Shown: positions 43,717-53,224 of the stretch, piece by piece | How the letters are laid out: each line of letters begins with the position of its first letter | Numbering within the stretch: position 1 is the stretch's first letter | Source: an uncultured Atopobiaceae bacterium | GTDB lineage: Bacteria; Actinomycetota; Coriobacteriia; Coriobacteriales; Atopobiaceae | Direction of reading: 5' to 3' | Assembly (NCBI GenBank): GCA_947625405.1 | Contig: CANQOF010000011.1 | Span: 6,926 to 70,925, forward strand | Length of the DNA: 64,000 nt | Program-made: the position numbers and the translations under genes | Notes under the pieces: generated by a model | What the model saw: the letters and a program-made list of their open reading frames with translations, nothing else | Databases searched by the model: none | What the model was told of the DNA's origin: nothing

Positions 43717-45417
43717 CTAGCCCTTTGCCTGCGCGAGGCGCGGGAAGAGCGCGGCGCCCTTCACCACGGGGGCGTTCGGCTGGAGGCCGCCCCACGCGCA
43801 CACGCCGGCGAGATCCGTCGTGTCGAGCTCGTCCTCGGCGGAGAGGCGGCGAAGGACCTCGGCCGAGGTCTCGGGCATGAAGGGCTCGAGCAGGTGCGCG
43901 GAAATGCGAATGGCCTCGAGCACGGAGCCGATCACCTGCGCGAGCTCGCCCGCGCGGGCGGGATCCTTCGCGAGCGCCCACGGTTCGCTCACCTCGATGA
44001 AGTGGTTCGCCGCGTGGATGAGCTCCATCACCGCGCCCGCCGCCTCGTCGTAGGCGAAGGAGCCCATGAGGAGGCCGTAGCGCTCCACGAGGCCCATGGG
44101 CGAGCCGTCCTCGCGCGTGTGCGCGGCGCCCTCGCCCTCGAGCCCGGAGACGATGGCCTTTAGCTCGTTGTCGTCCTCGGCCCAGCCGATCGCGAGCGGC
44201 GGCGTGGCGCCGTCGAAGTACTTCGCGCTCATGGAGATGGCGCGCGAGACGAGGTTTCCCCAGGAATTCGCGAGGTCGGCGTCATAGACCTGCTCCATGC
44301 GACCCCAGCTGATCGAGCCATCCGTGCCGGGGCGCACGTCCGTCATGAAGTAGTAGCGATAGCCATCCACGCCGAGGAGCTCGCACACGCTCTCGGGCGA
44401 GATGGCGTTGCCGAGGCTCTTCGACATCTTCACGTCGGCGCCCTCGTCCGAGCGCACCATCAAGAAGCCGTGCGCGAAGACCTCCTCGGGCACCTCGAGC
44501 CCCGCGGCCATGAGCATGGCCGGCCAGATCACGCAGTGGAAGCGGATGATGTCCTTGCCCACGATGTGCACCTGCGCGGGCCAGCGACGCTCGAAGAGCG
44601 CGTCGTCCACGCCATAGCCCACGGCCGTGATGTAGTTGATGAGGGCGTCGAACCACACGTACGTGACGTGCTTCTCGTCGAAGGGGAGCGGGATCCCCCA
44701 GTCGAAGCTCGTGCGCGAGATCGAGAGGTCCTTGAGGCCGCCCTCCACGAAGCTCACGACCTCGTTTCGGCGAATCTCTGGCTCCACGAAGTGCGGATGC
44801 TCGCGATAGAGCTTGAGGAGCGGCTCCTGGAACTCGGAGAGCTTGAAGAACCAGCTCTCCTCCTGCACGCGCTTCAGGGGACGGCCGCAGTCGGGGCAAA
44901 GCGGCGCATCGCCGTGGTGGTGCTTGACCTCCTCGACCACCTCTTCGTGGGCGACGTCCACCATCTTCTTGTTCATCTCGAGGTTCGCGTGGCGCACCTG
45001 CGTGTCGGTGAAGTACGTCTCCTCTGGCTGGCAATACCAGCCGTCGTAGACGCCTTTGTAGATGGAGCCGTTTTCCTTGAGGACGTTCCAGAGGTGCTGC
45101 ACGCTCGCGGTTTGGCGATCCTCGGTGGTGCGGATGAAGTCGTCGTTCGTGATGTTGAGATAGCGCCAGAGATCCGTGAAGGCGCCCGTGAGGGAATCGC
45201 ACCACGCCTGCGGGGTCATGCCGTGCTCCTCGGCCGCTTGCGCCACCTTCTCGCCGTGCTCGTCGAGGCCGGTGAGGAACATGACGTCGTAGCCCGTGCG
45301 CCGGCGAAAGCGCGCCTGCACGTCGGCCAACACGGTGGAGTACGCCGTGCCGAGGTGCGGCGCCGCGTTCACGTAGTAGATCGGGGTGGTGATGTAGTAG
45401 CTGGGGCGATCCTGCAT
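43717..45417 (-). CDS. metG: methionine--tRNA ligase
   Basis: TPIYYVNAAPHLGTAYS is the HIGH-type motif. A CPDCG zinc knuckle and KMSKSLGN are present. GAGGAG lies 5-6 nt upstream of the ATG at 45417. Confidence 0.95.
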   Translation of the reverse strand: MQDRPSYYITTPIYYVNAAPHLGTAYSTVLADVQARFRRRTGYDVMFLTGLDEHGEKVAQAAEEHGMTPQAWCDSLTGAFTDLWRYLNITNDDFIRTTEDRQTASVQHLWNVLKENGSIYKGVYDGWYCQPEETYFTDTQVRHANLEMNKKMVDVAHEEVVEEVKHHHGDAPLCPDCGRPLKRVQEESWFFKLSEFQEPLLKLYREHPHFVEPEIRRNEVVSFVEGGLKDLSISRTSFDWGIPLPFDEKHVTYVWFDALINYITAVGYGVDDALFERRWPAQVHIVGKDIIRFHCVIWPAMLMAAGLEVPEEVFAHGFLMVRSDEGADVKMSKSLGNAISPESVCELLGVDGYRYYFMTDVRPGTDGSISWGRMEQVYDADLANSWGNLVSRAISMSAKYFDGATPPLAIGWAEDDNELKAIVSGLEGEGAAHTREDGSPMGLVERYGLLMGSFAYDEAAGAVMELIHAANHFIEVSEPWALAKDPARAGELAQVIGSVLEAIRISAHLLEPFMPETSAEVLRRLSAEDELDTTDLAGVCAWGGLQPNAPVVKGAALFPRLAQAKG

Positions 45418-45563
45418 CGGCGCTCCTCGAATCCTCGTGCCTCTTCGCTTCACGCCCATTCTAGTCGCCGAACCCCACAACAATTCCAGGGCCGCGGGTA
45501 CGATAGTGAAGGCCCACAACCCGCGCACGGCTGGCGAGCGCGGGAGCAGCGCGAGGAGGTGCC

Positions 45564-46301
45564 ATGGAACGCGAGGCGAGGCACCCGGACGGGGAAGACG
45601 CGGGCTTCGAGGAGCTCGGCTACGCGACGGTGGACACCGATCGCGCGCGCCGCACGGGCGCGGGCGAGGTGATCTTCGGCGCGGGGAAGACGGCGGAGGA
45701 GATCGCGGGGATCTCCCGAGCGCTTCTCGAAAGCGGCCAGCCGCGCGTGCTCGTGACGCGCCTCGACCCGAAAAAAGCCGAGCTCACGCATACCGCGCTT
45801 GAGGAGGCGGCCGGCGAGGTGCCCTTCGCCTACCACGAGCGGGCCCGGCTCGCGTTCGTGGGCGAGGATCTCGGCGCGCCCACGGGAAACGGCACGATTT
45901 GCGTGGTGTCGGCCGGCACCTCCGACGAGTGCGTGGCCGAGGAGGCGGCGCTCACCGCGGAGTTCCTCGGAAACGAGGTCACGCGGCTCTACGACGTGGG
46001 CGTGGCGGGGATCCATCGCCTCCTCGCGAAGGAGGACGCGCTTCGCGGCTGCCAGGTGGCCATCGTGGTCGCCGGCATGGAGGGCGCCCTCGCGAGCGTC
46101 GTCGCCGGCCTCATCGCGCAACCGGTGATCGCCGTCCCCACGAGCGTGGGCTACGGCTCGGCCTTCGAGGGCATAACCGCGCTTCTCGCGATGATGAGCT
46201 CGTGCGCGAGCGGGGTCTCGGTCGTGGGGATCGACAACGGCTTCGGCGCGGGCTACCAGGCCTCGGCGATCAACCATCTCCCTGCGAAGACGAGGAGCTA
46301 G
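45564..46301 (+). CDS. larB: nickel-pincer cofactor biosynthesis protein LarB (AIR carboxylase-like)
   Basis: The PurE-like core is [10 protein letters not shown]...[14 protein letters not shown]. The N-terminal extension is typical of LarB. It is adjacent to larC. Confidence 0.8.
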   Translation: MEREARHPDGEDAGFEELGYATVDTDRARRTGAGEVIFGAGKTAEEIAGISRALLESGQPRVLVTRLDPKKAELTHTALEEAAGEVPFAYHERARLAFVGEDLGAPTGNGTICVVSAGTSDECVAEEAALTAEFLGNEVTRLYDVGVAGIHRLLAKEDALRGCQVAIVVAGMEGALASVVAGLIAQPVIAVPTSVGYGSAFEGITALLAMMSSCASGVSVVGIDNGFGAGYQASAINHLPAKTRS

Positions 46302-46304
46302 CTC

Positions 46305-47675
46305 ATGGAAAAGGTACTCTGGCTGGACTGCTCGGCCGGCATCGCGGGCGACATGCTCGTGGCCGCGCTCATCGACGCGGGAGGCGACCGCCTCGCAATG
46401 GAGCGCGCCCTCGCGAGCCTCCCCGAGAAGGACTTCTCGATCTGCGTGAGCCACGTGGAGGTCTCGGGGGTGCGGTGCGTGGACTTCGACGTGATGCTCG
46501 CGCCGGGGCTCGAGACCCACGACCACGACATGGCCTACCTCTACGGCGACGGCTTGGACATCACGCACGAGCATGACCACGACGCACACGAGCACGCGCA
46601 CGACCACGGACATGACCACGACACGCACGACGCACACGAGCACTCGCACGACCACGGACAAGACCACGAGCACGAGCACGCGCACGCGCATGGGCATCAC
46701 CACCGCACGCTTGGCGAGGTGCTCGAGATCCTCGCGCAGGCGACCCTCTCGAGTGGGGCGCGTGCGCTCGCGGAACGCGCGTTCACCATCCTCGCCGACG
46801 CCGAGGCCGCGGCCCACGGCAAGACCCGCGAGACGGTGCTCTTCCACGAGGTGGGAGCCATCGATTCCATCGTCGACGTGGTGGCGGCGTCGGTCCTTCT
46901 CGACGGCCTCTCGCCCGACGCCGTCTATGCGACGAACCTCACGGAGGGCACGGGCTCCGTCCGCACGGCCCACGGCGTCCTGCCCGTGCCGGTGCCGGCG
47001 GTGGCCGAGATCTGCCGCGCGCACGAGCTTTCCGTGTGCGTTTCGGAGCGCGCGGGCGAGCTCATCACCCCCACGGGCGCGGCCCTCCTCGCGGCGCTCT
47101 CCCCCACCTTCTCCACCCCCGGCGGCATGGTCATCGAAAAGACGGGCTATGGCGCGGGAAAGCGCAGCTATCCCTGGGCAAACTTCGTGCGCGCCTCCGT
47201 GGGACGCGCGGAGGCGGCGCGCGAGGGCAGGATCTGCAAGCTCGAATGCGAGGTCGACGACGCCACCGGCGAGGCCATGGGCGAGACGATTGATCGCCTC
47301 CTCGAGGCGGGAGCTCGCGAGGCGCATTGGATCCCCCTCGGCACGAAGAAGGGGCGCCCCGCGTGGCAGCTCCAGGTGATCTGCCTTCCCGAGGACTCCG
47401 AGGCGCTTGAGCTCGAGATCTTCCGCTCCACCACCACGATCGGCCTTCGGCGCGAGCTCATGGATCGCACGGTGCTCCCACGCGAGAAGGTGCGCCTCGC
47501 GCTCAGCCTTCCCGACGGCACGAGCGCGGAGATCGAGGGAAAGCGCGTGACGCTTCCCGACTCCACGCAGCGCACGATGCCCGAGGCAGACGACGTGGCG
47601 GCCCTCGCGAGGAAGCACGACCTCTCCTACCAGCTCGTGTGGCAGGCGGCCCTCGCCGCGTGCGCCGCGCTCTAG
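46305..47675 (+). CDS. larC: nickel insertion protein LarC (DUF111) with a His/Asp-rich insert
   Basis: The N-terminus is LDCSAGIAGDM. The metal-binding tract is HDHDAHEHAHDHGHDHDTHDAHEHSHDHGQDHEHEHAHAHGHHH. Confidence 0.85.
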   Translation: MEKVLWLDCSAGIAGDMLVAALIDAGGDRLAMERALASLPEKDFSICVSHVEVSGVRCVDFDVMLAPGLETHDHDMAYLYGDGLDITHEHDHDAHEHAHDHGHDHDTHDAHEHSHDHGQDHEHEHAHAHGHHHRTLGEVLEILAQATLSSGARALAERAFTILADAEAAAHGKTRETVLFHEVGAIDSIVDVVAASVLLDGLSPDAVYATNLTEGTGSVRTAHGVLPVPVPAVAEICRAHELSVCVSERAGELITPTGAALLAALSPTFSTPGGMVIEKTGYGAGKRSYPWANFVRASVGRAEAAREGRICKLECEVDDATGEAMGETIDRLLEAGAREAHWIPLGTKKGRPAWQLQVICLPEDSEALELEIFRSTTTIGLRRELMDRTVLPREKVRLALSLPDGTSAEIEGKRVTLPDSTQRTMPEADDVAALARKHDLSYQLVWQAALAACAAL

Positions 47676-47721
47676 GCCGCTCCCCTTTGCGCACGGGCGC
47701 GAGGGGATTCGCGCGACTTTC

Positions 47722-50349
47722 CTAGAGCTCGAGCTCCTCGTAGGGGCGGTCGAGGCGGAAGTAGCGGCTATCGGGGTCGAGCCCGGCGTTCAGGAACGGG
47801 TCGCGCTCGAAGATCACGGGATAGCGCTCGTGCATGAGGGTCATCTCGCGCGCGCCGCGCAGGGTCTCGCGCGCGCGATCGCTCTCGCGGTGCCGCGTGC
47901 CGAACTCCTTGTGCCAGAGCCGCGCGTAGGGCACGAAGAGCGTCTCCTTGCCGCTCGCGGCCGCGCGCAGGCAGAAGTCGCCGTCGTTAAACCCCACCGC
48001 AAGCGCCTCGTCGTAGCCGCCGAGCTCGTCGAAGAGCGCGCGACTCATCGCCTGGCAGGCGCCCGTCACCATGGGATAGGCCACGGGACGCTTGAGGCTC
48101 ATGAGGTAGCCGTCCGCGCCCTCGCTCGGCGCGTCTGCCACCTTCCCCGGCCAGAGGTTCTGCTGGAGGTGGCCGAAGCCGCCCGACGGCACCGCCACCA
48201 TGCCCGCGTGCTGCACGAGCCCGTCCGCGAAGGTAAGGAGCGCGCCCGTCACGCCCACCTCCTCGCGGCAAAGAGGGCCGACGAGCTCGTCGAGCCACTC
48301 GCCGTCGAGCACGGTCGTGTCGTTGTTGAGCAGGCAGATGAGGCTGCCCTTCGCCTTCGCCACTCCGCGATTCACCACCGACGAATAGTTGAACTCCTTG
48401 CCCACCCAGCTCACCACGCGCACGCGCCGATCGCGCTCCTGGAGCTCGGAGTAGAGGGCGAGGATGTTGGCGTCGGTGCTGCCGTTTTCGACGACGACGA
48501 CCTCGAAGCGCGGCCAAAGCGTCCTCTCGAGGATCGACTCCACGCAGGGCCGCAGGTAGTCGGCGTGGTTTTTGTTCGGGATGACGATCGAGACGAGCGG
48601 GCAGGGCTCTGGGCGCGGGTAGCGAACGCGCAGGAACCCTCCAGGCACGCGCGTGGGATCGTCGTCGACGTTCGTCTCCATGTAGGCCACGTCGGCCGCG
48701 ATGCCGCGCGCGCGGAGGTGGCGCTGGAGTGATTCCGCGGAGGCGCCGATCGCGAAGGGCCGCGTGCGCGTGGCGTGAAGGAGCACGCCCTCGAGCTGCG
48801 CGACGCCCTCCACGCCGCCCTGCTCCACCGCCGCGAGCGCGAGGTCGTAGGCGCTCTTCGCGAAGGGCGCCTCGAGCGCGGGCGACACGGCGAGCGGAAG
48901 CCCCACGCCGTTTCCCCAGTAGAGCTCGTCGATCGAGAAGCGCGGCTTCAGGCGCGCGGCGCAGAGCCGGAGCTCGCCGTCGACGAGCTCGCACACGTCC
49001 TCGTCGCCGTAGACGAGCCACGTGCCCTCGGTGGCGGCGGCGCACGCGATGCGCTCGAGCGCCGAGGGTTCGAGCACGTCGCCCGAGCCCACGACCACGC
49101 GCCATGAGCCACCTTGCACCCCCGCCTCGCCGAGGGGACGGCCCGTGGGCACCCACACCACGTCGAAATCTTGGAAGCTCTGCTCGCGAAGGGAGGCGAT
49201 GGTGCGGATGAGCTCGGCGTTCGAATGACGCGGGCGAAGCGCGTCTAAGGGCGAGGGGGCGGGGATGTCGGTGATCCTCGTGGGAGCGTGCCCACGCTCG
49301 TCCTCGGGATCCTCCGCGATGAGCACCGTGAGGTGCGGGAGGTCGAGCTCCGCGTCGTCCGCGGCGAAGGCGGCTTGCGCGTCGGCGCGCTCGGGCGTCG
49401 TGGCTCCGTCGTCGAGCACGGCAGCGGGGAGGTCCTCCCCCTCCTCGAGCTCGTCCGCCGCCTCCGTTTGCGCCTTGGTGGCCATGCCCTCGAGCGCCTC
49501 CACCTCTCGCTCGTCCGAGATCGCCTCGGCGAAGCCCTGCTCGCGGGCCCACGCGTCGTAGCCAAGGTCCTCCTGCGGCGAGGCGCTCACCATCGCGAAC
49601 CACGCGAGCCTCGGCTCGAGCATCCAGCTCGCGAGCCCGCGGAACGCCCCGTCCTCGAGCGTGCGACTCCAGGCCCAGAGGCACCCCGTGGCCTCGTCGC
49701 GCGGCACGGTCACGCTCACCGTGAGCTCGCGCGATACGACGCCGTTCGCGCCCTCCACCATCGCGTCCTCGAGCACCTCGACGCCCGAGGCCTGGCGCTT
49801 TCCGAGGTGATCGAGCCGGCAGATGAGGAGCCTCTCCGCCTTGAGACGCGCGGCCTCCTCGCGATCCCTCGCGGGGAACACCACGCGATAGCGGATCACC
49901 GCGTTCTCGCCCGCGGGGTAGACGCCCGAATCCCACGCGCGGCACGCGCGCTCGCCCACTTCCCTCGCCACCGCGTCGTGGAGGCCTTGGAAGAGGTCTT
50001 CCTGCGCAAACACCGAGGATGGCTCGTCGCCTATGCCCGTTCGCTTGGCGCCCATCCACACCCCTTGCTCGCGCTCGGCGGCGTCGATGAGCGTCACCTC
50101 GGCCACGTCGTCGAAGACGGGTGTCGCGATGAGCCAGAGGCGCTCCTCGCCCGCTCCCTCGTCCGCGGGCGGGAGTTCGACGGCGTTTTCCTCGAGGATT
50201 TTCCGCACGCCCTCCCTCACCACGACCACGGGGATCGGGTTGTTCCGAATGAAGGCGACTGCGCGCGGCTCTCCCTGCGCTTCGCCCACGCGCACGACCG
50301 CGAAGTCGTATTCATCGCGAAAGCCGTCGAGCACCACGTCGCAATTCAT
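47722..50349 (-). CDS. multidomain glycosyltransferase family 2 protein (875 aa), paralog 1
   Basis: VSIVIPNKNHADYL...VVVENGSTD is a GT2 module, with a second upstream GT-like module. GAGGAGG lies 5 nt upstream. Confidence 0.8.
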   Translation of the reverse strand: MNCDVVLDGFRDEYDFAVVRVGEAQGEPRAVAFIRNNPIPVVVVREGVRKILEENAVELPPADEGAGEERLWLIATPVFDDVAEVTLIDAAEREQGVWMGAKRTGIGDEPSSVFAQEDLFQGLHDAVAREVGERACRAWDSGVYPAGENAVIRYRVVFPARDREEAARLKAERLLICRLDHLGKRQASGVEVLEDAMVEGANGVVSRELTVSVTVPRDEATGCLWAWSRTLEDGAFRGLASWMLEPRLAWFAMVSASPQEDLGYDAWAREQGFAEAISDEREVEALEGMATKAQTEAADELEEGEDLPAAVLDDGATTPERADAQAAFAADDAELDLPHLTVLIAEDPEDERGHAPTRITDIPAPSPLDALRPRHSNAELIRTIASLREQSFQDFDVVWVPTGRPLGEAGVQGGSWRVVVGSGDVLEPSALERIACAAATEGTWLVYGDEDVCELVDGELRLCAARLKPRFSIDELYWGNGVGLPLAVSPALEAPFAKSAYDLALAAVEQGGVEGVAQLEGVLLHATRTRPFAIGASAESLQRHLRARGIAADVAYMETNVDDDPTRVPGGFLRVRYPRPEPCPLVSIVIPNKNHADYLRPCVESILERTLWPRFEVVVVENGSTDANILALYSELQERDRRVRVVSWVGKEFNYSSVVNRGVAKAKGSLICLLNNDTTVLDGEWLDELVGPLCREEVGVTGALLTFADGLVQHAGMVAVPSGGFGHLQQNLWPGKVADAPSEGADGYLMSLKRPVAYPMVTGACQAMSRALFDELGGYDEALAVGFNDGDFCLRAAASGKETLFVPYARLWHKEFGTRHRESDRARETLRGAREMTLMHERYPVIFERDPFLNAGLDPDSRYFRLDRPYEELEL

Positions 50350-50394
50350 GCGTGCCTCCTCGTCAAGGCGTTTCCTCGAGCGCGATCGCGCGCG

Positions 50395-51042
50395 CTACTC
50401 CAGGCCGCGCGCGGATTTCCACGCGCGGAAGCTCAGGTGGTGGCGGTCCTTCTCGGAGAGGATCGGCGCCTCGGGGCCGAGCTCGCGCATGCTCGGCCAG
50501 GCGATGGCGAGGTCGGCGTCGTCCCAGGAGATGCCGCCCTCGTCGCCCGGGTGGTAGATGTCATCGCACTGGTAGACAAACGTCGCGTGCTCGGAGAGGG
50601 TGAGGAAGCCGTGGGCAAAGCCGCGCGGCACGAAGAACTGCCGGCCGTTTTCCTCCGAGAGCACGACGCCCTCCCACCTGCCGAAGGTGGGGCTTGCGGG
50701 GCGGAGGTCCACCGCCACGTCGAAGACCTCGCCCTCCACCACGCGCACGAGCTTTGCCTGCGGATGATCGATCTGGAAATGCATGCCGCGGAGCACCCCG
50801 CGCACCGAGCTCGACTGGTTCAGCTGCACGAACTCGCAGTCGATGCCCGCGCGCGCGAAGTCCGGGCGCTTGTAGGTCTCTCGAAAGCTGCCGCGCTCGT
50901 CGGCGAAGACCTTCGAATCGATGACGAGGAGTCCGGGGATGGACGTCTCTTGGAAGGTGAAGTTTCCCGAGGTGAACGCCCTGTGCACGGAAGCGAGATC
51001 CACGGCGTCCCCCCGCGCGCGATCGTGCTCGCCTGGCCGCAT
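50395..51042 (-). CDS. rfbC: dTDP-4-dehydrorhamnose 3,5-epimerase
   Basis: F.DERG.F.E, RGMHFQ and VFDVAVDLR cupin motifs of RmlC. Confidence 0.9.
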   Translation of the reverse strand: MRPGEHDRARGDAVDLASVHRAFTSGNFTFQETSIPGLLVIDSKVFADERGSFRETYKRPDFARAGIDCEFVQLNQSSSVRGVLRGMHFQIDHPQAKLVRVVEGEVFDVAVDLRPASPTFGRWEGVVLSEENGRQFFVPRGFAHGFLTLSEHATFVYQCDDIYHPGDEGGISWDDADLAIAWPSMRELGPEAPILSEKDRHHLSFRAWKSARGLE

Positions 51043-51173
51043 GCCCCGCCCCCTTCTTGCGCCCTGCCTTCGTTTCCATGGTAGCCGAGGCCGAGGCCAA
51101 GGCGCCTTCTGGCCGCTCGTGGCACAATCGTCGTCGGTCGGGCGCGTCTTCGAGGGAGAGGTGGTGGTGCGCG

Positions 51174-51863
51174 ATGCGGGTGCTCGCCGTCGTGCCCGCC
51201 TTCAACGAGGAGGCGGTGATCCTCACCACCCTCGCCGAGCTCGCCGCCACCTGCCCCGAAGTGGAGATCCTCGTGGTGAACGATGGCTCCGCCGATGCCA
51301 CCGCCGCGCTCGCCACGAGCGCGGGCTACCACTGCGTGAGCCTGCCCGTGAACTGCGGGCTTTCCTGCGCCTTCGCCACGGGCGTGCGCTACGCTCGCGC
51401 GCACGGCTTCGACGCAGTCTGCCAGTTCGACGCCGATGGCCAGCACGAGGCCCGCTACCTGCCGACTATGATCCGTGCCATGGAGGCGGACGACGCCGAC
51501 GTGGTGATCGCGAGCCGCAAGCTCGGCGCGAACGCGCAGGGCGTCTCCGGCGCACGCGGCCTTGGCTCCTCGCTCATCTCGTCGCTCATCCGCCTCACCA
51601 CGGGCGTGCGCATCAACGACCCCACGAGCGGCTACCGGCTCTTCGGGGCGCGCCTCTTCGATGCGTTCGCGGACGGCTTCGACATCGGCCCCGAGCCCGA
51701 CGCGCTCGCGTGGCTCATCCGCCAAGGCGCGCGAGTGGAGGAAATACCCTGCACGATGGCCGAGCGCCAAGGCGGGCGTTCCTATCTCTCGGGCCTCACC
51801 TCCATCGCCTATATGGTGCGGACGTGTTTGAATATCCTCGTGTTCCAGTGGATTCGTCGCTAG
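51174..51863 (+). CDS. glycosyltransferase family 2 (polyprenyl-phosphate glycosyltransferase-like)
   Basis: VVPAFNEE, VVNDGSAD and FDADGQH motifs. Size is about 230 aa. Confidence 0.85.
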   Translation: MRVLAVVPAFNEEAVILTTLAELAATCPEVEILVVNDGSADATAALATSAGYHCVSLPVNCGLSCAFATGVRYARAHGFDAVCQFDADGQHEARYLPTMIRAMEADDADVVIASRKLGANAQGVSGARGLGSSLISSLIRLTTGVRINDPTSGYRLFGARLFDAFADGFDIGPEPDALAWLIRQGARVEEIPCTMAERQGGRSYLSGLTSIAYMVRTCLNILVFQWIRR

Positions 51864-51902
51864 GCGCGCCCCTCGCGCCGTGCTGAAAGGATCGGGTGGA
51901 CC

Positions 51903-52244
51903 ATGTCCGGCACCTTGCGAATCTGGCTCGTCATCGGCGCGCTCGTGCTCTTCGCCATCGTGTGCCTCGCCATCAGGCGCGAGCGCATCCGCGTGTCGGA
52001 CTCGGCCTTTTGGGTCGTCTTCTCGTTGGTGATCCTCTTCTTCGCGCTCTTCCCGCAGGTGGCCTATTGGCTCTCCGACCTCGTGGGCGTGCAGTCGCCC
52101 TCGAACCTCGTCTTCGCCGTGATGGTGGCGATCCTCATCCTCATCGACATGGCCTCGAGTGCGAAGATCTCGCGTCTCACCGCCAAGCTCGAAGAGCTCT
52201 CAAGCCGCATCGCCCTCGACGACGACCCCAAGGACAACGCCTAA
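51903..52244 (+). CDS. small membrane protein, DUF2304-like, partner of the GT2
   Basis: Three TM segments plus a C-terminal coiled segment. The position directly after a small GT2 is typical of DUF2304. Confidence 0.65.
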   Translation: MSGTLRIWLVIGALVLFAIVCLAIRRERIRVSDSAFWVVFSLVILFFALFPQVAYWLSDLVGVQSPSNLVFAVMVAILILIDMASSAKISRLTAKLEELSSRIALDDDPKDNA

Positions 52245-52249
52245 CCCCC

Positions 52250-52730
52250 CGCGCTGGGATGTCTTCTGGGATCGGCGTCCCTATAGCCCTCGCGCTGGGA
52301 TGTCTTCTGGGGTCGGGGGTGCCTATAGTCCCCGGAGCCCGGTTCCCGCTCGGGAGGGTTATCGGCTTTCACCGGCCCTTTTTCTCGGGTGACACACCTC
52401 CAATTGGCATACGGGCTTTGGCTCCGGCGGACCACTCCTCAAGGGCCGAGAAAAAGGGCCTACTCTTTTGCGGCTCCCACAGGGCTCCGGGGACTATAGG
52501 CACCCCCGCCCTCGCAAGCCATTACGACAACAAGCTACGAGCGATGGACGAGCTAAACGTCAGCGAGTCCTCTCATGGATCCTCGCTTCAACAAGCAGAG
52601 AGCCAGGGAATCAGCTAAACGCCAGCGAGAGGCGCTGGGGTGCCCAAGATGCGTGGGATTTTGGGGGCGTAGCGTACTTACGCTACGTGAGCCCACAAAA
52701 TCGCGCGCAGATTGGGTGCATCCAGCGTCT
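52250..52730 (-). repeat. structured noncoding element, copy 2 (inverted relative to copy 1)
   Basis: Its reverse complement aligns with 9731-10166. Relative to copy 1 it carries an extra internal module and a 41-bp tandem duplication at one end. The two duplicated units begin at about 52250 and 52290 (CGCGCTGGGATGTCTTCTGGG... occurs twice). Confidence 0.8.
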
Positions 52731-52754
52731 CGCAGCGTCGACTACGAAGCAGCG

Positions 52755-53216
52755 TCAACGTGAGTAGCGCGTGTAGAGAGTTCTCGCGGCGCGGGTGGTT
52801 TCCTCGTAGAAGGCGCGATTGTTCGGGGTTTCGTCCACCTCTACGCGGGAGACGGGCAGGCCGGCGCGCCTGAGCTCGTAGAAGAGGTGGTGGGCGAGGT
52901 TCTCGGCGGTCGTGCGGAAGGGCAGCGTGAGCACGGTGAAGCCCTCTTGCTCGAGCGCGTCGAGGGTTTCGGGCGCGAGCGTGCCCTCCTCCACGAGGAG
53001 ACGGTGGTCAAGCGCGGCGCAGGCCTTGGCCACCTCCGCCTTGGCCTGGGAGAAGTCCATCACCATGCCGCGCTCATCGCCCTCGACCACGAGCGCCTCG
53101 GAGGCGAGCGTGGCCTCCACGCGCCAGCGATGCCCGTGGAGGTTCTCGCATTTGCCGTGGTAGCCGGCCAAGAAGTGCGAGGAATCGAAGTGGCCCTCGA
53201 CGATAAGTCCAAACAT
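52755..53216 (-). CDS. queD: 6-carboxytetrahydropterin synthase / 6-pyruvoyl-tetrahydropterin synthase family
   Basis: FDSSHFL, CENLHGHRW and DHR motifs. AGGAG lies 6 nt upstream. It starts 8 nt after the stop of the upstream GT2. Confidence 0.85.
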   Translation of the reverse strand: MFGLIVEGHFDSSHFLAGYHGKCENLHGHRWRVEATLASEALVVEGDERGMVMDFSQAKAEVAKACAALDHRLLVEEGTLAPETLDALEQEGFTVLTLPFRTTAENLAHHLFYELRRAGLPVSRVEVDETPNNRAFYEETTRAARTLYTRYSR

Positions 53217-53224
53217 CGCGGCTC

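Noticed and set aside
45450-47618. 722-aa minus-strand ORF opposite larB/larC
   Set aside because: It is a shadow ORF with R/H/E/A/G-rich composition and mirrored poly-V/M stretches opposite the His/Asp tract. The + strand frames carry unmistakable LarB and LarC motifs.
9731-52730. The two inverted structured elements as terminal inverted repeats of a 43-kb mobile element
   Set aside because: The interior contains core housekeeping genes (metG, rsmA, tatD, hpf, comFC, tRNA-Thr) and no transposase, integrase or conjugation genes. The copies are only moderately similar and differ in module content.
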